DNA of 32,000 nt from a bacterium (lineage in GTDB: Bacteria > UBP7 > UBA6624 > JBBIMK01), in the NCBI GenBank assembly GCA_037444445.1, contig JBBIMK010000002.1:90644-122643 (forward strand), written 5' to 3'. Positions within the stretch are counted from its first letter, which is position 1. Each line of letters begins with the position of its first letter. A program made the translations under genes and the position numbers. Shown one piece after another: positions 1-9,120 of this stretch. The notes beneath the pieces were generated by a model that searched no databases, was not told where the DNA came from, and saw only the letters and a list, made by a program, of their open reading frames with translations.

Positions 1-171
1 GTAGCAAACCTCCTCAAAAGTGCTATTCTGAGCCAGGGTCTGAATAGGGTATCCGCAGTAGATGAGTCGTCCTCCCGTGCCGTCCACCAGGCTGAGAACG
101 CTTCTGGCCGCAATCACGCCTTCCAGGCCTTTGGAAAATTCGGCTTCCGCTGTTTTCACTGCTTCTGGCAT
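1..171 (-). CDS. gltA: citrate synthase, N-terminal 57 codons only (gene runs off the window start)
   Basis: Absent from the ORF track because it is open at the window edge. The reverse complement of 1-171 reads MPEAVKTAEAEFSKGLEGVIAARSVLSLVDGTGGRLIYCGYPIQTLAQNSTFEEVCY. ATG is at 169-171, with GGAGGTGG (178-185) 6 nt upstream. The pattern GLEGV..S.L..VDG..G.L.Y.GY.I..LA....FEEV is the conserved citrate synthase N-terminus. Confidence 0.75.
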   Translation of the reverse strand, partial: MPEAVKTAEAEFSKGLEGVIAARSVLSLVDGTGGRLIYCGYPIQTLAQNSTFEEVCY

Positions 172-261
172 TTTTTACCACCTCCTTATGTTTTCATCCA
201 GTGTATTACCTTACACGATTTTGAGAGAAAAACAAGAGAGATATGTCATTTTGAAATGTGA

Positions 262-270
262 CTTATATCA
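262..270 (-). promoter_or_regulatory. candidate extended -10 promoter (TGATATAAG) for citrate synthase
   Basis: Minus-strand TGATATAAG lies about 90 nt upstream of the gltA ATG. It belongs to the TGATAnAAn family seen upstream of other units in this window. Confidence 0.35.
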
Positions 271-332
271 TACTCCTACTATCAGATTTAAAGTTTCATT
301 ACACAGTGGTGGATGCTGGGAGAAAGAGGGGC

Positions 333-361
333 TTGACCCTGAACGAAAAAATGAATATTCT
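333..361 (+). promoter_or_regulatory. candidate sigma70-type promoter for gdh (-35 TTGACC, 17-nt spacer, -10 TATTCT)
   Basis: TTGACC at 333-338 and TATTCT at 356-361, about 45 nt upstream of the gdh ATG. Assigned by eye only. Confidence 0.3.
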
Positions 362-406
362 TATATCGCTATTCAGAAAAAAAAATTTCAGGAGGTGTGT
401 TAAAGA

Positions 407-1663
407 ATGGCGGTAGGTGGAATTAACCCGTGGGAAGTGGCGCTGAAGCAATTTCATGATGCCGCTGAAATCATGGGATTGGATGATGATTTACGGCGGG
501 TGCTCAGCACCTGCAAGCGAGAGCTCACGGTGAACTTTCCCGTGAAGATGGATGATGGGCGTATTGAGGTGTTTTCCGGCCACAGAGTTCAACACAATAT
601 TGCGCGGGGTCCGGCGAAGGGAGGCATTCGCTATGCACCGGATGTGACCCTGGATGAGGTGAAAGCCCTGGCGATGTGGATGACCTGGAAAACGGCAGTG
701 GTGGGAATCCCTTATGGAGGCGCCAAAGGAGGTGTGGTGTGCAATCCGAAGAAAATGAGTCTGGGGGAGCTGGAAAGGCTTACCCGCCGATACGCCACGG
801 AAATCTCTGTTATTATCGGACCTGAAAAGGACATCCCTGCCCCCGATGTGAACACTAACCCCCAGGTAATGGCATGGATTATGGACACTATTTCCATGCA
901 TCAGGGTTATTCCATTCCTGGGGTGGTAACGGGAAAACCTCTGAACATCGGGGGAAGTCAGGGGCGATTTGAAGCCACTTCCCGTGGGGTTCTTTATACC
1001 ACAATGGAAGCCATGGCACGCCGGGGTATCCCGGTGAAAGGGGCAAAAGTCTCCATTCAGGGATACGGAAATGCAGGTTCTATTGCGGCTCGGCTCTTCT
1101 CTGAGCAGGGTGCCATCATCGTTTCTGTCTCTGATTCCCAGGGAAGCATCATCAATTCCAAAGGATTAGATATAGCAGAAGTGAACAAGGTGAAAGCGGA
1201 GACCAAAACGGTGGTCAACTATAAGGATGCTGACAGAACCAAGGACACGAAGGCACCTCTCACGGTTCCCTGTGATGTATTGATACCGGCTGCACTGGAA
1301 AATCAGATAACAGCCGAGAATGCGGACCATGTGAAGGCGAAAATCGTCGCGGAAGCTGCCAATGGACCCACTACCCCTGAAGCGGATAAAATCCTGCACG
1401 ATAAAAACATCCTCCTGATTCCTGACATTCTGGCAAATGCAGGAGGTGTGACCGTTTCTTACTTTGAATGGGTTCAGGACATCTATTCTTTCTTCTGGGA
1501 TGAAACCCGGGTAAATCAGGAGCTGGAAAGAATTATGAAGAGGGCCTTTCAGCAGGTTTTTGCCATCGTGGATCAGAAAGGGGTTACGCCCCGGATGGCC
1601 GCCTATATACTTGCCATTGACCGCGTTGCACAGGCCACGAACACGCGGGGAATTTACCCGTAA
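407..1663 (+). CDS. gdhA: NAD(P)-dependent glutamate dehydrogenase
   Basis: 418-aa ORF with AGGAGGTG (390-397) 9 nt before the ATG. Carries the Glu/Leu/Phe/Val dehydrogenase active-site signature (GIPYGGAKGGV) and a dinucleotide-binding GYGNAGS. Confidence 0.95.
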   Translation: MAVGGINPWEVALKQFHDAAEIMGLDDDLRRVLSTCKRELTVNFPVKMDDGRIEVFSGHRVQHNIARGPAKGGIRYAPDVTLDEVKALAMWMTWKTAVVGIPYGGAKGGVVCNPKKMSLGELERLTRRYATEISVIIGPEKDIPAPDVNTNPQVMAWIMDTISMHQGYSIPGVVTGKPLNIGGSQGRFEATSRGVLYTTMEAMARRGIPVKGAKVSIQGYGNAGSIAARLFSEQGAIIVSVSDSQGSIINSKGLDIAEVNKVKAETKTVVNYKDADRTKDTKAPLTVPCDVLIPAALENQITAENADHVKAKIVAEAANGPTTPEADKILHDKNILLIPDILANAGGVTVSYFEWVQDIYSFFWDETRVNQELERIMKRAFQQVFAIVDQKGVTPRMAAYILAIDRVAQATNTRGIYP

Positions 1664-1749
1664 AATTGGCCACCGGGTAGAAGAGTGAAAAGTTTATTGT
1701 AGGCAGGGTGTTAACTCCTTATTCCTTTTAGAGGAGAACGCAAAGGGGG

Positions 1750-1778
1750 ACGATAGAAACCTGTCTGATTTCTATCGT
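1750..1778. terminator. perfect 10-bp hairpin between convergent gdh and the PAP2 gene (possible bidirectional terminator)
   Basis: ACGATAGAAA (1750-1759), a 9-nt loop, then TTTCTATCGT (1769-1778). It overlaps the PAP2 stop codon (1772-1774). There is no U-tract on either strand, so terminator function is uncertain. Confidence 0.3.
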
Positions 1779-2473
1779 GCCCAGGTGAGGAAAAGGGTTT
1801 TGTCGGTAAAGGAGAGAAGAGGGAATTTTTTGTGATGGCGGACCCAGCGGGCAACTTCAGTGGATAGAAAGGCGGAAGTGAGGGTGTCGCTTGCCCAGTG
1901 AGCATCTTTATTTAAGCGGGAGTAGGCGACAAGAACAGCCAGGCCATAACCGAGGGCTTTCACCTCGTGGGGATATTCCTGGGCATAGGCGGAGGCAATA
2001 GCAAAGGCCATGGCCGTGTCTCCGGAGGGGAAAGAGTCTTTATGAGAGAAGGGATGGAAATGGCGGGCACCCATTTTTTCCAGGGGACGGGCTCTCCCGG
2101 TAGCCCATTTTGTTCCTACGGTGATACCTCCTGCAATGAGCATATTTTTCAGCGCATTTCTGGAGGCACGAACCAGGCGTTCTTTCCCCGTTTTCTTGCC
2201 GTAATAATAGAGGGCACCCGTTAAAGGGAACAAAACCTCGCCACGCCCCAAATTGCCGACGACGCGTGATAAATCGTCGGTGCCGCCGGTGCGATTTTTC
2301 TGCACGAGCGTCCTAACCCGGTTATCCGACGAATACGCAACTCCGAGAGAAAACAAAAATGTCCATATTTTTGTTTCTCGCCTGGATAATTGTGAAAATG
2401 GGTCAGCCTCTGCCGGGAGGGCGAACCTGCAAATGACGAAAGAAAGCAGGAAAATATTTTTCCACCCTTTCAT
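1772..2473 (-). CDS. PAP2-superfamily (acid phosphatase / lipid phosphate phosphatase) membrane protein
   Basis: The track ORF is 1772-2560. I chose the in-frame ATG at 2471-2473 (MKGWKNIFLLSFVICRFALPAEA, signal-peptide-like), which avoids overlap with larB. PAP2 motifs present: KWATGRARP (Kx6RP), PSGD (variant of PSGH) and SRLNKDAHWASD (SRx5Hx3D). Confidence 0.8.
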   Translation of the reverse strand: MKGWKNIFLLSFVICRFALPAEADPFSQLSRRETKIWTFLFSLGVAYSSDNRVRTLVQKNRTGGTDDLSRVVGNLGRGEVLFPLTGALYYYGKKTGKERLVRASRNALKNMLIAGGITVGTKWATGRARPLEKMGARHFHPFSHKDSFPSGDTAMAFAIASAYAQEYPHEVKALGYGLAVLVAYSRLNKDAHWASDTLTSAFLSTEVARWVRHHKKFPLLSFTDKTLFLTWAR

Positions 2474-2501
2474 CCTTGCTTGAATATCTCCTCTTCTCAC
2501 T

Positions 2502-3254
2502 CTATGCTTGAACTTTGGTGATAAGAGCGGCGAGATACCCGGCACCGAAGCCATTGTCAATGTTCACAACCGCCACGCCAGAGGCACAAGCATTGAGCAT
2601 GGTCAGAAGGGCAGAAAGACCTTGAAAACTGGCTCCGTAGCCTGTGCTGGTGGGGACAGCGATGACGGGTACACTGACCAGACCAGCGACGATACCGGGC
2701 AGTGCACCCTCCATTCCCGCTACCACGATAATCACTCGGGCTTTTTCCAGTTTCTCCATTGAGGCGAGGAGACGGTGAATTCCTGCCACTCCCACATCAT
2801 ACAGTGTATCTACGGAACAACCCATGGCTCTGGCTATCAGCATGGATTCTTCCGCGACAGGGATATCCGAAGTTCCAGCAGTCACCACCAGCACCCGTCG
2901 TTTTGGGCTGGCTTTGGGGAATTTTCCCACCCAGAGAAATCGGGATGTCTCATGATATTCCGCGGTAGGGATATGCTTCTTCACAGCCCGGGACATAGGT
3001 GGGTCTACCCGGGTGACTATCACCAGAGGGTGAAGTCTCACCAATTTCTTCACGATAGTTACTACCTGTGATGGGGATTTCCCTTGCCCGAAGATAACCT
3101 CCGGATAACCTTTGCGGAGGGTCCGATGGGTATCAATGCGAGCAAATCCCACATCCTGATAAGGAAGATGCTTGAGAAACCGGAGAGCATCCGGTATGGA
3201 AGTCTGACCTTTTTTCACTTTCTTCAGCAGGGTTTCAATACCCTTGGAGTTCAA
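2502..3254 (-). CDS. larB: LarB-type NCAIR-mutase-like protein (nickel-pincer cofactor biosynthesis, NaAD carboxylase/hydrolase family)
   Basis: 250 aa. PurE-like half with VVTAGTSDIPVAEE, VVAGMEGALPGIVAGL, PVIAVPTSTGYG and VVNIDNGFGAG, plus the LarB-type N-terminal extension (IDTHRTLRKGYPEVIFGQGK). The TTG start (3252-3254) overlaps the etfA stop as TTGA. Confidence 0.85.
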   Translation of the reverse strand: MNSKGIETLLKKVKKGQTSIPDALRFLKHLPYQDVGFARIDTHRTLRKGYPEVIFGQGKSPSQVVTIVKKLVRLHPLVIVTRVDPPMSRAVKKHIPTAEYHETSRFLWVGKFPKASPKRRVLVVTAGTSDIPVAEESMLIARAMGCSVDTLYDVGVAGIHRLLASMEKLEKARVIIVVAGMEGALPGIVAGLVSVPVIAVPTSTGYGASFQGLSALLTMLNACASGVAVVNIDNGFGAGYLAALITKVQA

Positions 3255-4243
3255 ACTTTTGGGACCAATCCCTTTTGTTTGATTTTCTCGATAAGTGCGG
3301 GAACAACCTGATACAGGTCGCCCACAATTCCATAATCTGCTATTTGGAAGATGGGGGCATTTTTATCTTTATTGATTGCCACGATAACCTCTGCATTCTG
3401 CATCCCTGCCCGATGCTGGACAGCACCGGAGATTCCACAGGCGATATACAATTTTGGACGCACGGTTTTGCCCGTCTGTCCCACCTGGTGGTCGTATGAA
3501 ATCCATCCCAGGTCCACGACCGCTCTGGAAGCACCGATTTCTCCACCCAGAATGGAGGCAAATTCCTGGAGGAGTTTGAAACCGTCCGGTGAGCCGAGCC
3601 CGCGGCCCCCCGCTACAATGATGCTCGCCTCTTCCAACTGGACAGATTTTCTTTCTGTCCTCTTGATTTCCACCAGCGTCTCCCACTGGGGCACAGAAGC
3701 CGCATCCAGTGGGATGACTTCAGCGAATTCCGGCGAGGCAGAGGGCGAAGGTGCAGGATAGGAACCGCTCTGGAAGATAAGAACAACGGGAAGTTTTTGT
3801 GCTTCCGCCTGTATCCAGTATTTTCCACCAAAGTTGGATTTCCCGAAAAGAACCTGTGAATTTACCATAGCCACAGTAGCCACATTAGCGATCAGCCCGG
3901 CGTCCAGCGCCTGTGCGGTGCGTGCTCCTACTTCCCTTCCGAAAAGGGAGTCCGGGAAAAGGAGGAAAGAGGGGGAATATTTCCGGCTTGCTTCAGCCAC
4001 CGTTCGTGAAAAAACAGCGGGACGAAATGCTTTGAACGCTGCATGAAAACTCGTATAAACCTTCGTTATTCCGCGCTGGGAAAGGTCTGAAACCCAATCT
4101 TCATCGGTCTCTGCCATCAATACCCCTGCCACAGGGTTACCCGTTTTCCTGGATAATTCCATTCCTGCTCCCAGCAGAGATAAACTGCTACCCGTGAGCC
4201 GTCTGTTTTGGATTTCTAAAATGCCCCAGATTTCACCTGTCAT
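3251..4243 (-). CDS. etfA: electron transfer flavoprotein, alpha subunit
   Basis: 330 aa. The C-terminal FAD-binding signature LYIACGISGAVQHRAGMQNAEVIVAIN matches the EtfA pattern. The ATG lies 3 nt after the etfB stop. Confidence 0.93.
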   Translation of the reverse strand: MTGEIWGILEIQNRRLTGSSLSLLGAGMELSRKTGNPVAGVLMAETDEDWVSDLSQRGITKVYTSFHAAFKAFRPAVFSRTVAEASRKYSPSFLLFPDSLFGREVGARTAQALDAGLIANVATVAMVNSQVLFGKSNFGGKYWIQAEAQKLPVVLIFQSGSYPAPSPSASPEFAEVIPLDAASVPQWETLVEIKRTERKSVQLEEASIIVAGGRGLGSPDGFKLLQEFASILGGEIGASRAVVDLGWISYDHQVGQTGKTVRPKLYIACGISGAVQHRAGMQNAEVIVAINKDKNAPIFQIADYGIVGDLYQVVPALIEKIKQKGLVPKV

Positions 4244-4246
4244 ACC

Positions 4247-5044
4247 TTACCCCGTCTTTTTTTCCAGAACCCCTCTTTCCGCCAGGCGGTTTAATAATTT
4301 ATCCGCAATATCAGGAATTTCCCCCTCCAGGATTTCTGGGGTTTTCTTCATCTCTCTTTTCTGGACAGAAATCAAATGCACTCCAGAACCTGATTTTCCG
4401 ATGAGTTCCGGGGATAGATTCAAGGAAGTGGCCTCCGGAGTGTCCACTTCTTTCATAGCGGCTTCTAAGATTCCCTGCACAGAAGCCAGGCGTGCTTTCA
4501 CCAGATGCCTTTGCACAGTGATGACGGCGGGCAGAGTTACATCTAACACATAGATTTCGTCGCCATAGCGTTTTTCCAGGTGGATTTTTCCCTCATTGAT
4601 TTCTCCAATACCTTCGGCGTAAGTGATGCAGGGCAAGTTCAGGGCTTCTGCGATGCGAGGCCCCATTTGTCCTGCATTTCCATCGGCTGAGCGGAGGCCT
4701 GTTAAAATCAAATCGTAAGAACTTTTCTGTAGAGCCGCTGTCAGGGTTCTGGCGGTGGCAAGTCCATCGCTCCCTCTGAACTCTTCTCCCTGGATGTGAA
4801 TAGCTGAATCCGCACCCATAGCCAGCAATTCTCTCAACATATCCTCTGCCAGGGGAGGAGCCAGAGTAATCAGAACGACTTCTGCACCGTATTTATCTTT
4901 CATTTGAAGGGCCACTTCCACAGCCGCAATATCATCGGCATTGAGTGTGCCCGGTGCTTTTTCTCTTACAATCCTGCTTTCAGAAAGGTCATACTCCACA
5001 TCCGTCGTATCCGGCACATTCTTAACTAAAACGGCAATTTTCAC
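4247..5044 (-). CDS. etfB: electron transfer flavoprotein, beta subunit
   Basis: 265 aa with a typical EtfB N-terminus (MKIAVLVKNVPDT) and overall EtfB layout. It sits immediately upstream of etfA. Confidence 0.9.
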   Translation of the reverse strand: MKIAVLVKNVPDTTDVEYDLSESRIVREKAPGTLNADDIAAVEVALQMKDKYGAEVVLITLAPPLAEDMLRELLAMGADSAIHIQGEEFRGSDGLATARTLTAALQKSSYDLILTGLRSADGNAGQMGPRIAEALNLPCITYAEGIGEINEGKIHLEKRYGDEIYVLDVTLPAVITVQRHLVKARLASVQGILEAAMKEVDTPEATSLNLSPELIGKSGSGVHLISVQKREMKKTPEILEGEIPDIADKLLNRLAERGVLEKKTG

Positions 5045-5131
5045 TTCCCTCTTACCTCTTGCGAATTGAAGTATGAGTCGTTGTGAAGGAAGAGAAAACT
5101 CGTCGGGGTTATGATGCTTTCACTCAGTAAC

Positions 5132-6388
5132 CTATCCCTCATATTTTTTGAAGATAAGGATGGCGTTGTGCCCACCGAAGGCGAAAGCGTTATTCATGGT
5201 GATACGAATATCCTTTTTACGGCTTACATTGGGCACATAATCCAGGTCACATTCGGGGTCAGGGTGCTCATAGTTAATGGTGGGAGGAATAATTCCGTGG
5301 TGAAGAGCCAGGACGCAGGCAACGGATTCCACCCCACCGGCTGCTCCTAACAGATGTCCGTGCATGGATTTCGTGGACGAGATAGGAATACGATAAGCAT
5401 TTTCTCCGAACACTTCTTTGATGGCCAGAGTTTCTGTCTTGTCGTTATAAGGTGTGGAAGTTCCGTGGGCATTGATATATTCCACTTCTGAGGGGACCAG
5501 GCCTGCGTCCTGCAAACAAAGTCTGATGGCCTGAGCGGCACCTGCACCACAGGGGTCTGGAGCGGTGATGTGGTATGCATCAGAAGTAAGGGCATATCCG
5601 AGAATTTCCGCGTAAATGCGAGAGCCTCTTTTCTCGGCATGGGAAAGTTCCTCCAGCACCAGCGTTCCTGCTCCATCGCCCATAACAAAGCCATCTCGTT
5701 TCAGGTCAAATGGACGGCTGGCTTTTTCCGGAGTGCCATTGTAGTTGGTGGACAGGGCTTTCATATTGCTGAACCCTGCCAGACCCATCATGGTGATAGC
5801 GGCCTCTGCTCCCCCGCAGATGAAAACATCTGCAATTCCTGCCTGTATAAATTTGAAGGCTTCTCCTATGGCTGTAAGTCCGGTAGAACAAGCGGTAGTT
5901 ACTGTATTGGAGTATCCCCGAATTCCCTGGAGAATGCTCAACCATCCACTTAACAGATTGATGATGACCTTCGGGATAAAGAAGGGGGTCACCCGGTTAG
6001 GACCTCGTTCAAAAAGAGTGCGGGCTTCAGATTGATAATGTTCCAACCCTCCGATTCCGCTTCCGCAAAGAATCCCTACACGATATGGGTCTTCTTTCGC
6101 CATATCTAAATTCGCATCGTGGATGGCTTCCATGGCGGACCAAACCCCGAATTGACAGAATCGGTCCATCTGATTGGCTTGCCGGGGTGGGATATAGGGT
6201 TCCGGTGTAAAATTCAAGACCTCTGCCCCGACTTGGCAGGGAAGGTTATCCACTGGAAATCTTTGAATTCGTCTGATTCCAGATTTTCCAGCCACCAGAG
6301 CGTCCCAGAGGTGTTTATACCCTTGCCCAAAGGTAGTCACAGCCCCTAAGCCGGTAACCACCACGCGCCGCTTTGAGTGGTTATTCAT
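5132..6388 (-). CDS. fabF: beta-ketoacyl-ACP synthase II
   Basis: 418 aa. Cys-His-His triad contexts TACSTG, HGTSTP and SMHGH, with the C-terminal NAFAFGGHN. Confidence 0.95.
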   Translation of the reverse strand: MNNHSKRRVVVTGLGAVTTFGQGYKHLWDALVAGKSGIRRIQRFPVDNLPCQVGAEVLNFTPEPYIPPRQANQMDRFCQFGVWSAMEAIHDANLDMAKEDPYRVGILCGSGIGGLEHYQSEARTLFERGPNRVTPFFIPKVIINLLSGWLSILQGIRGYSNTVTTACSTGLTAIGEAFKFIQAGIADVFICGGAEAAITMMGLAGFSNMKALSTNYNGTPEKASRPFDLKRDGFVMGDGAGTLVLEELSHAEKRGSRIYAEILGYALTSDAYHITAPDPCGAGAAQAIRLCLQDAGLVPSEVEYINAHGTSTPYNDKTETLAIKEVFGENAYRIPISSTKSMHGHLLGAAGGVESVACVLALHHGIIPPTINYEHPDPECDLDYVPNVSRKKDIRITMNNAFAFGGHNAILIFKKYEG

Positions 6389-6427
6389 AATTTTTAACTC
6401 CCTTTTTGAATTGATTCTTCCTTTTCT

Positions 6428-7177
6428 TCAAGACATATAGCCTCCACCATTGATGTGGAGAGTATTACCAGTAATATAACTGGCTTCTTCCGAGGCTAAA
6501 AAGACCACGGCACCTGCGACTTCAGAAGGCTTTCCAAAGCGTCCCAGGGGAATGGCTTTAATCACAACATCCACAAACCGTTCCTGAAGGTCGCGAGTAA
6601 AATCTGTCTCTATGAGACCGGGGGCAATCAAGTTGGCTGTGATACCTTTAGGGGCTAATTCTCGGGCAAGAGAATGGGTAAATCCGACCAATGCCATCTT
6701 GGAAGCCGTGTAATTCGTTTGACCCGGACTGCCCACAAAGGGCCCCAGTGAGGTTACATTGATGATGCGCCCCCACTTTTTTTTCAGCATATAAGGAATC
6801 ACAGCCTTGGTTACATAATAGGTGCTGTACAGGTTAACTTGAATCACTTTATCCCACTTTTCATCTGTCATTCGCACGAAGAGTTCATCACTACGAATTC
6901 CCGCGTTATTCACCAATATGTCCACTCCCTGAAAAGTATTCACTACTTTTGCCACCAGTTTTTCTGCCTCCTCTTTTTTTGATACATCCGCCTGAAAGAT
7001 TTCTGCTTTTCCACCCCGCTGGAGGATGGTGTCTTTCACTTCTCGTGCTTGCTGGCTTTCCTTGAGGTAATTGATGGCCATGGTTGCACCCGCGGATGCC
7101 AGCGCCAGACACATGGCGCGTCCGAGGCCTCTGGACCCCCCCGTAACCAGTGCAATTTTCTCATCAAGCCTGAACAT
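6428..7177 (-). CDS. fabG: 3-oxoacyl-ACP reductase (SDR)
   Basis: 249 aa with TGGSRGLG, NNAG and the YTASK (YxxxK) motif. Located between fabD and fabF. Confidence 0.93.
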   Translation of the reverse strand: MFRLDEKIALVTGGSRGLGRAMCLALASAGATMAINYLKESQQAREVKDTILQRGGKAEIFQADVSKKEEAEKLVAKVVNTFQGVDILVNNAGIRSDELFVRMTDEKWDKVIQVNLYSTYYVTKAVIPYMLKKKWGRIINVTSLGPFVGSPGQTNYTASKMALVGFTHSLARELAPKGITANLIAPGLIETDFTRDLQERFVDVVIKAIPLGRFGKPSEVAGAVVFLASEEASYITGNTLHINGGGYMS

Positions 7178-8132
7178 GGGCTTCCAAAGCCTTCAGAACC
7201 CTTTGCATTTCCTCCACACGGCTTACGCCATAACTTTTTTTACCCGGGAAAATAGCGCGGTTAAAACCTTGAAGCACTTTACCGGGTCCAACTTCAATGA
7301 ATATGTCGGCATCCAGAGATGCGAGTCGATGCATCCCTTGCCACCACCGGACTGGATGGTATATCTGTTTTCGGAGGAGTTCCGGGATGATTGCAGGGGA
7401 AGGATAAAAATCTGCCAGCACATTAGAAATGACGGGAAATTCCAATGTATTGGGTGTTCCAGAATAATTCCATAAAAGTTTTTGAAGATGGACATGCCAG
7501 AGTTTCTCGGCGGCGGGTTGCATCAAAGAGGAATGGAACGGTGCGCTAACTTTCAACGGGATGACTCTTTTCACGCCATAGGCAGAAGCTTGCAGGCAGG
7601 CAATGTCCACTGCCGCAGCCTCACCAGAAATGACGGTTTGTTCGGGTGTGTTGTAGTTCGCGGGTTCCACCACACCATGGATGGAGGAATCCCGGCACAG
7701 AGTTTCCACATTTTCCGATGAGGCACCCAGTAAAGCGGCCATTTTGCCCGCACCGAAGGGCACTACCTCTTGCATAAATTTTCCCCGGTCCCGGGTGATT
7801 TCTACCCCTGTAGGGAAAGAAATAGCCCCGGCTACGGTGAGCGCTGTATACTCTCCCAGGCTATGCCCTGCTGTGAAATCGGGTTGAAGGCCATGGGATT
7901 TCAACACCCGGGCAATCGCATAAGAAAGGGTATAAATGGCAGGTTGAGTGATTTCTGTCCTCATCAGAGTATCTTCAGAACCTTCAAAACATATTTGGGA
8001 TAGCGGGATATTCAGAATATCTTCTGCTTGTTGAAAATAGCGTTTCACTTCTGGGAATGCTTCATAAAAATCTTTCCCCATTCCCGGGAACTGGGAGCCC
8101 TGCCCTGGGAAGAGAAAGGCAAGTTTACCCAT
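7164..8132 (-). CDS. fabD: malonyl-CoA:ACP transacylase
   Basis: 322 aa with FPGQGSQ and the GHSLGEY nucleophile elbow. Overlaps fabH by 8 nt and fabG by 14 nt. Confidence 0.95.
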   Translation of the reverse strand: MGKLAFLFPGQGSQFPGMGKDFYEAFPEVKRYFQQAEDILNIPLSQICFEGSEDTLMRTEITQPAIYTLSYAIARVLKSHGLQPDFTAGHSLGEYTALTVAGAISFPTGVEITRDRGKFMQEVVPFGAGKMAALLGASSENVETLCRDSSIHGVVEPANYNTPEQTVISGEAAAVDIACLQASAYGVKRVIPLKVSAPFHSSLMQPAAEKLWHVHLQKLLWNYSGTPNTLEFPVISNVLADFYPSPAIIPELLRKQIYHPVRWWQGMHRLASLDADIFIEVGPGKVLQGFNRAIFPGKKSYGVSRVEEMQRVLKALEAHVQA

Positions 8133-9120
8133 TCAACCACCATTTCATCAGCACGCCGCCGTAAGTGAAACCGGCGCCAAAAGCATCCAGAACCACCCAG
8201 TCGCCCTTTTTTAACCGTCCCTCATGATAGGCTTCATAAAGGGCTAACGGGATGGAAGCGGCGGTGGTGTTCCCATATTTATGTATATTGACAAAGAATT
8301 TTTCTGGAGGGAGATTAAATTTCTTCCAGGTGGTTTCAATGATGCGTCCATTGGCTTGATGACAGATGACCAGTCCAATATCTTCTGGCTTCAAGGAATT
8401 TCGTTGCAGAAGTTCCTCCAGGACCTCGCCCATGCGCCTGACTGCCCAGGCGAATGTCTCCCTTCCATTCATTTTGATGAAGTGCAGATGTTGGCGAACC
8501 GTGTCTAAGGAAGCAGGTAGTCGCGACCCCCCAGCCGGCATACTGAGCGTTGAAGCACCTTCTCCATCTGACCGGAGAATCACATCCCGGATGCCAAACT
8601 CCGGGTCTACAGGCTCCAGCATCACGACTCCTGCCCCATCGCCAAAAATGACGCAGGTTGTTCTATCTTCCCAGTCCACAATTCGTGACATAGTGTCAGC
8701 ACCGAAAACCAGCAGTTTTTTATGGGTGCCTGATTTGATAAACTGAGCACCGGTGGAAAGACCGTAAATGAACCCGGCGCATGCCGCCAGCAGGTCCATG
8801 GCGCCTGCATTAGAAGCACCAATTTTATGTTGTAAAAGGTTAGCGGTGGTTGGAAAAATCATATCCGGCGTTACCGTAGCGACCACAATCAGGTCAATTT
8901 CGCGGGGAGAAACCGGGTGATGAACGGATAAATCCAGAAAGGCCTTATACGCTAAGTCTGAAGTGGCCTCGCTGGGGTCAGCAATATGGCGCTGGTGAAT
9001 CCCCGTCCGTTCTACAATCCATTCATTGGATGTATCCACCATGCTGGCTAACTCATCGTTAGTCAGCACTTTCCGCGGGGTGTAAGCTCCCAGTGCGGTG
9101 ATCCCGACTGAAAATTCCAA
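8125..9120 (-). CDS. fabH: beta-ketoacyl-ACP synthase III
   Basis: 331 aa. Active-site Cys in AACAGF, plus HQAN and GNTTAAS. N-terminus ITALGAYTPRKVLTNDEL..VDTSNEWIVERTGI. Confidence 0.95.
   Translation of the reverse strand: MEFSVGITALGAYTPRKVLTNDELASMVDTSNEWIVERTGIHQRHIADPSEATSDLAYKAFLDLSVHHPVSPREIDLIVVATVTPDMIFPTTANLLQHKIGASNAGAMDLLAACAGFIYGLSTGAQFIKSGTHKKLLVFGADTMSRIVDWEDRTTCVIFGDGAGVVMLEPVDPEFGIRDVILRSDGEGASTLSMPAGGSRLPASLDTVRQHLHFIKMNGRETFAWAVRRMGEVLEELLQRNSLKPEDIGLVICHQANGRIIETTWKKFNLPPEKFFVNIHKYGNTTAASIPLALYEAYHEGRLKKGDWVVLDAFGAGFTYGGVLMKWWLNG

Noticed and set aside
62-403. 113-aa plus-strand ORF spanning the gltA start and the gltA-gdh spacer
   Set aside because: It overlaps the citrate synthase N-terminus in antisense and covers an AT-rich promoter region. 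It has no SD and a nonsense-like translation.
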